64,000 nt of DNA, taken from assembly GCA_950097015.1 (NCBI GenBank), contig CATNEN010000037.1, positions 248,001-312,000 of the forward strand. The letters are read 5' to 3'. Below the pieces are notes generated by a model, which was not told the origin of the DNA, did not search any database, and saw only the letters and a program-made list of their open reading frames with translations. The stretch is from Macrostomum hystrix. Taxonomy: Eukaryota > Animalia > Platyhelminthes. Shown here in pieces: positions 63,600 to 64,000 of this stretch (positions within the stretch are counted from its first letter, which is position 1; each line of letters begins with the position of its first letter). The position numbers and the translations under genes were made by a program.

Positions 63600-63944
63600 G
63601 TTTGGATCCGAGCAGCCCATGATGACACCAAACCAAATGAAAAACACATCTGATAAAAAAATACTTGCTTTTTTCTGTTGAAGCGATGCAAAGTCGCCGT
63701 TTCAACAAGCGCTGTTTGTGGCAAAGCGATCCAGTTGCGGAGGAAGCCTCTTCTTTAATTTCGATTCGCACATAACAGAGAGCGCTGCTACATACTTTGC
63801 CGTTTACAGTACGTAAGAATCAATCTTGCGGATTTATCTCATTTGTTTCTTTGTCGAACTATCCGCCATTCCGTTGCTGGTCCTACAATAAGAAATACAT
63901 TTCTTTACCTTTTTCGCAATCGTTAAATTTCTTACTTTGTCTTT

Positions 63945-64000
63945 TGTCGGTGCCTCGCGCGCCAAGGTCCATGAGCTCGATTCCGCGGCGAGGCCACGGA
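63945..64000 (+). mobile_element. SINE family A copy, cut by window end
   Basis: ctcgcgcgccaaggtccatgagctcgattccgcggcgaggccac matches the family A 5' region. Confidence 0.7.

Overview
Eukaryotic (animal) genomic DNA, intron-rich and very minisatellite-rich. The GC-rich exons, 12-34 bp intronic tandem arrays and tRNA-derived SINEs resemble a free-living flatworm such as Macrostomum; this is an inference and no search was run. Two multi-exon genes lie in tandem on the minus strand. (1) A metabotropic glutamate receptor-family class C GPCR (7 coding exons, 57015->47527, 1066 aa as modelled). Its Venus-flytrap pocket keeps the alpha-amino-acid-binding residues but has Leu in place of the Lys that binds glutamate's distal carboxylate. 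(2) A giant ankyrin (from 46485, running off the window at position 1). It has 24 ANK repeats, a roughly 390-aa linker spread over several exons, ZU5-ZU5-UPA, no visible death domain, an exon with two obscurin-binding-like motifs, and two multi-kb acidic exons built from internal tandem repeats (27 Cys-containing 26-28-aa units; at least 27 Ser-Pro 19-aa units). With all modelled exons it exceeds 4,300 aa inside the window. It also has three candidate alternative first exons and two candidate microexons. Four 1-nt frameshifts in ankyrin exons look like consensus artefacts in which both bases of a variable site were emitted. A weakly supported plus-strand orphan gene starts near 61.9 kb. Non-coding content includes about 12 kb of minisatellites and microsatellites, two SINE families, a TTAA-flanked foldback element and a direct-repeat-flanked GC-rich insert. 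No CRISPR array, rRNA or intact tRNA gene was found. All exon boundaries were derived by hand from GT/AG signals, phase compatibility and homology of the translation, and need RNA-seq confirmation.
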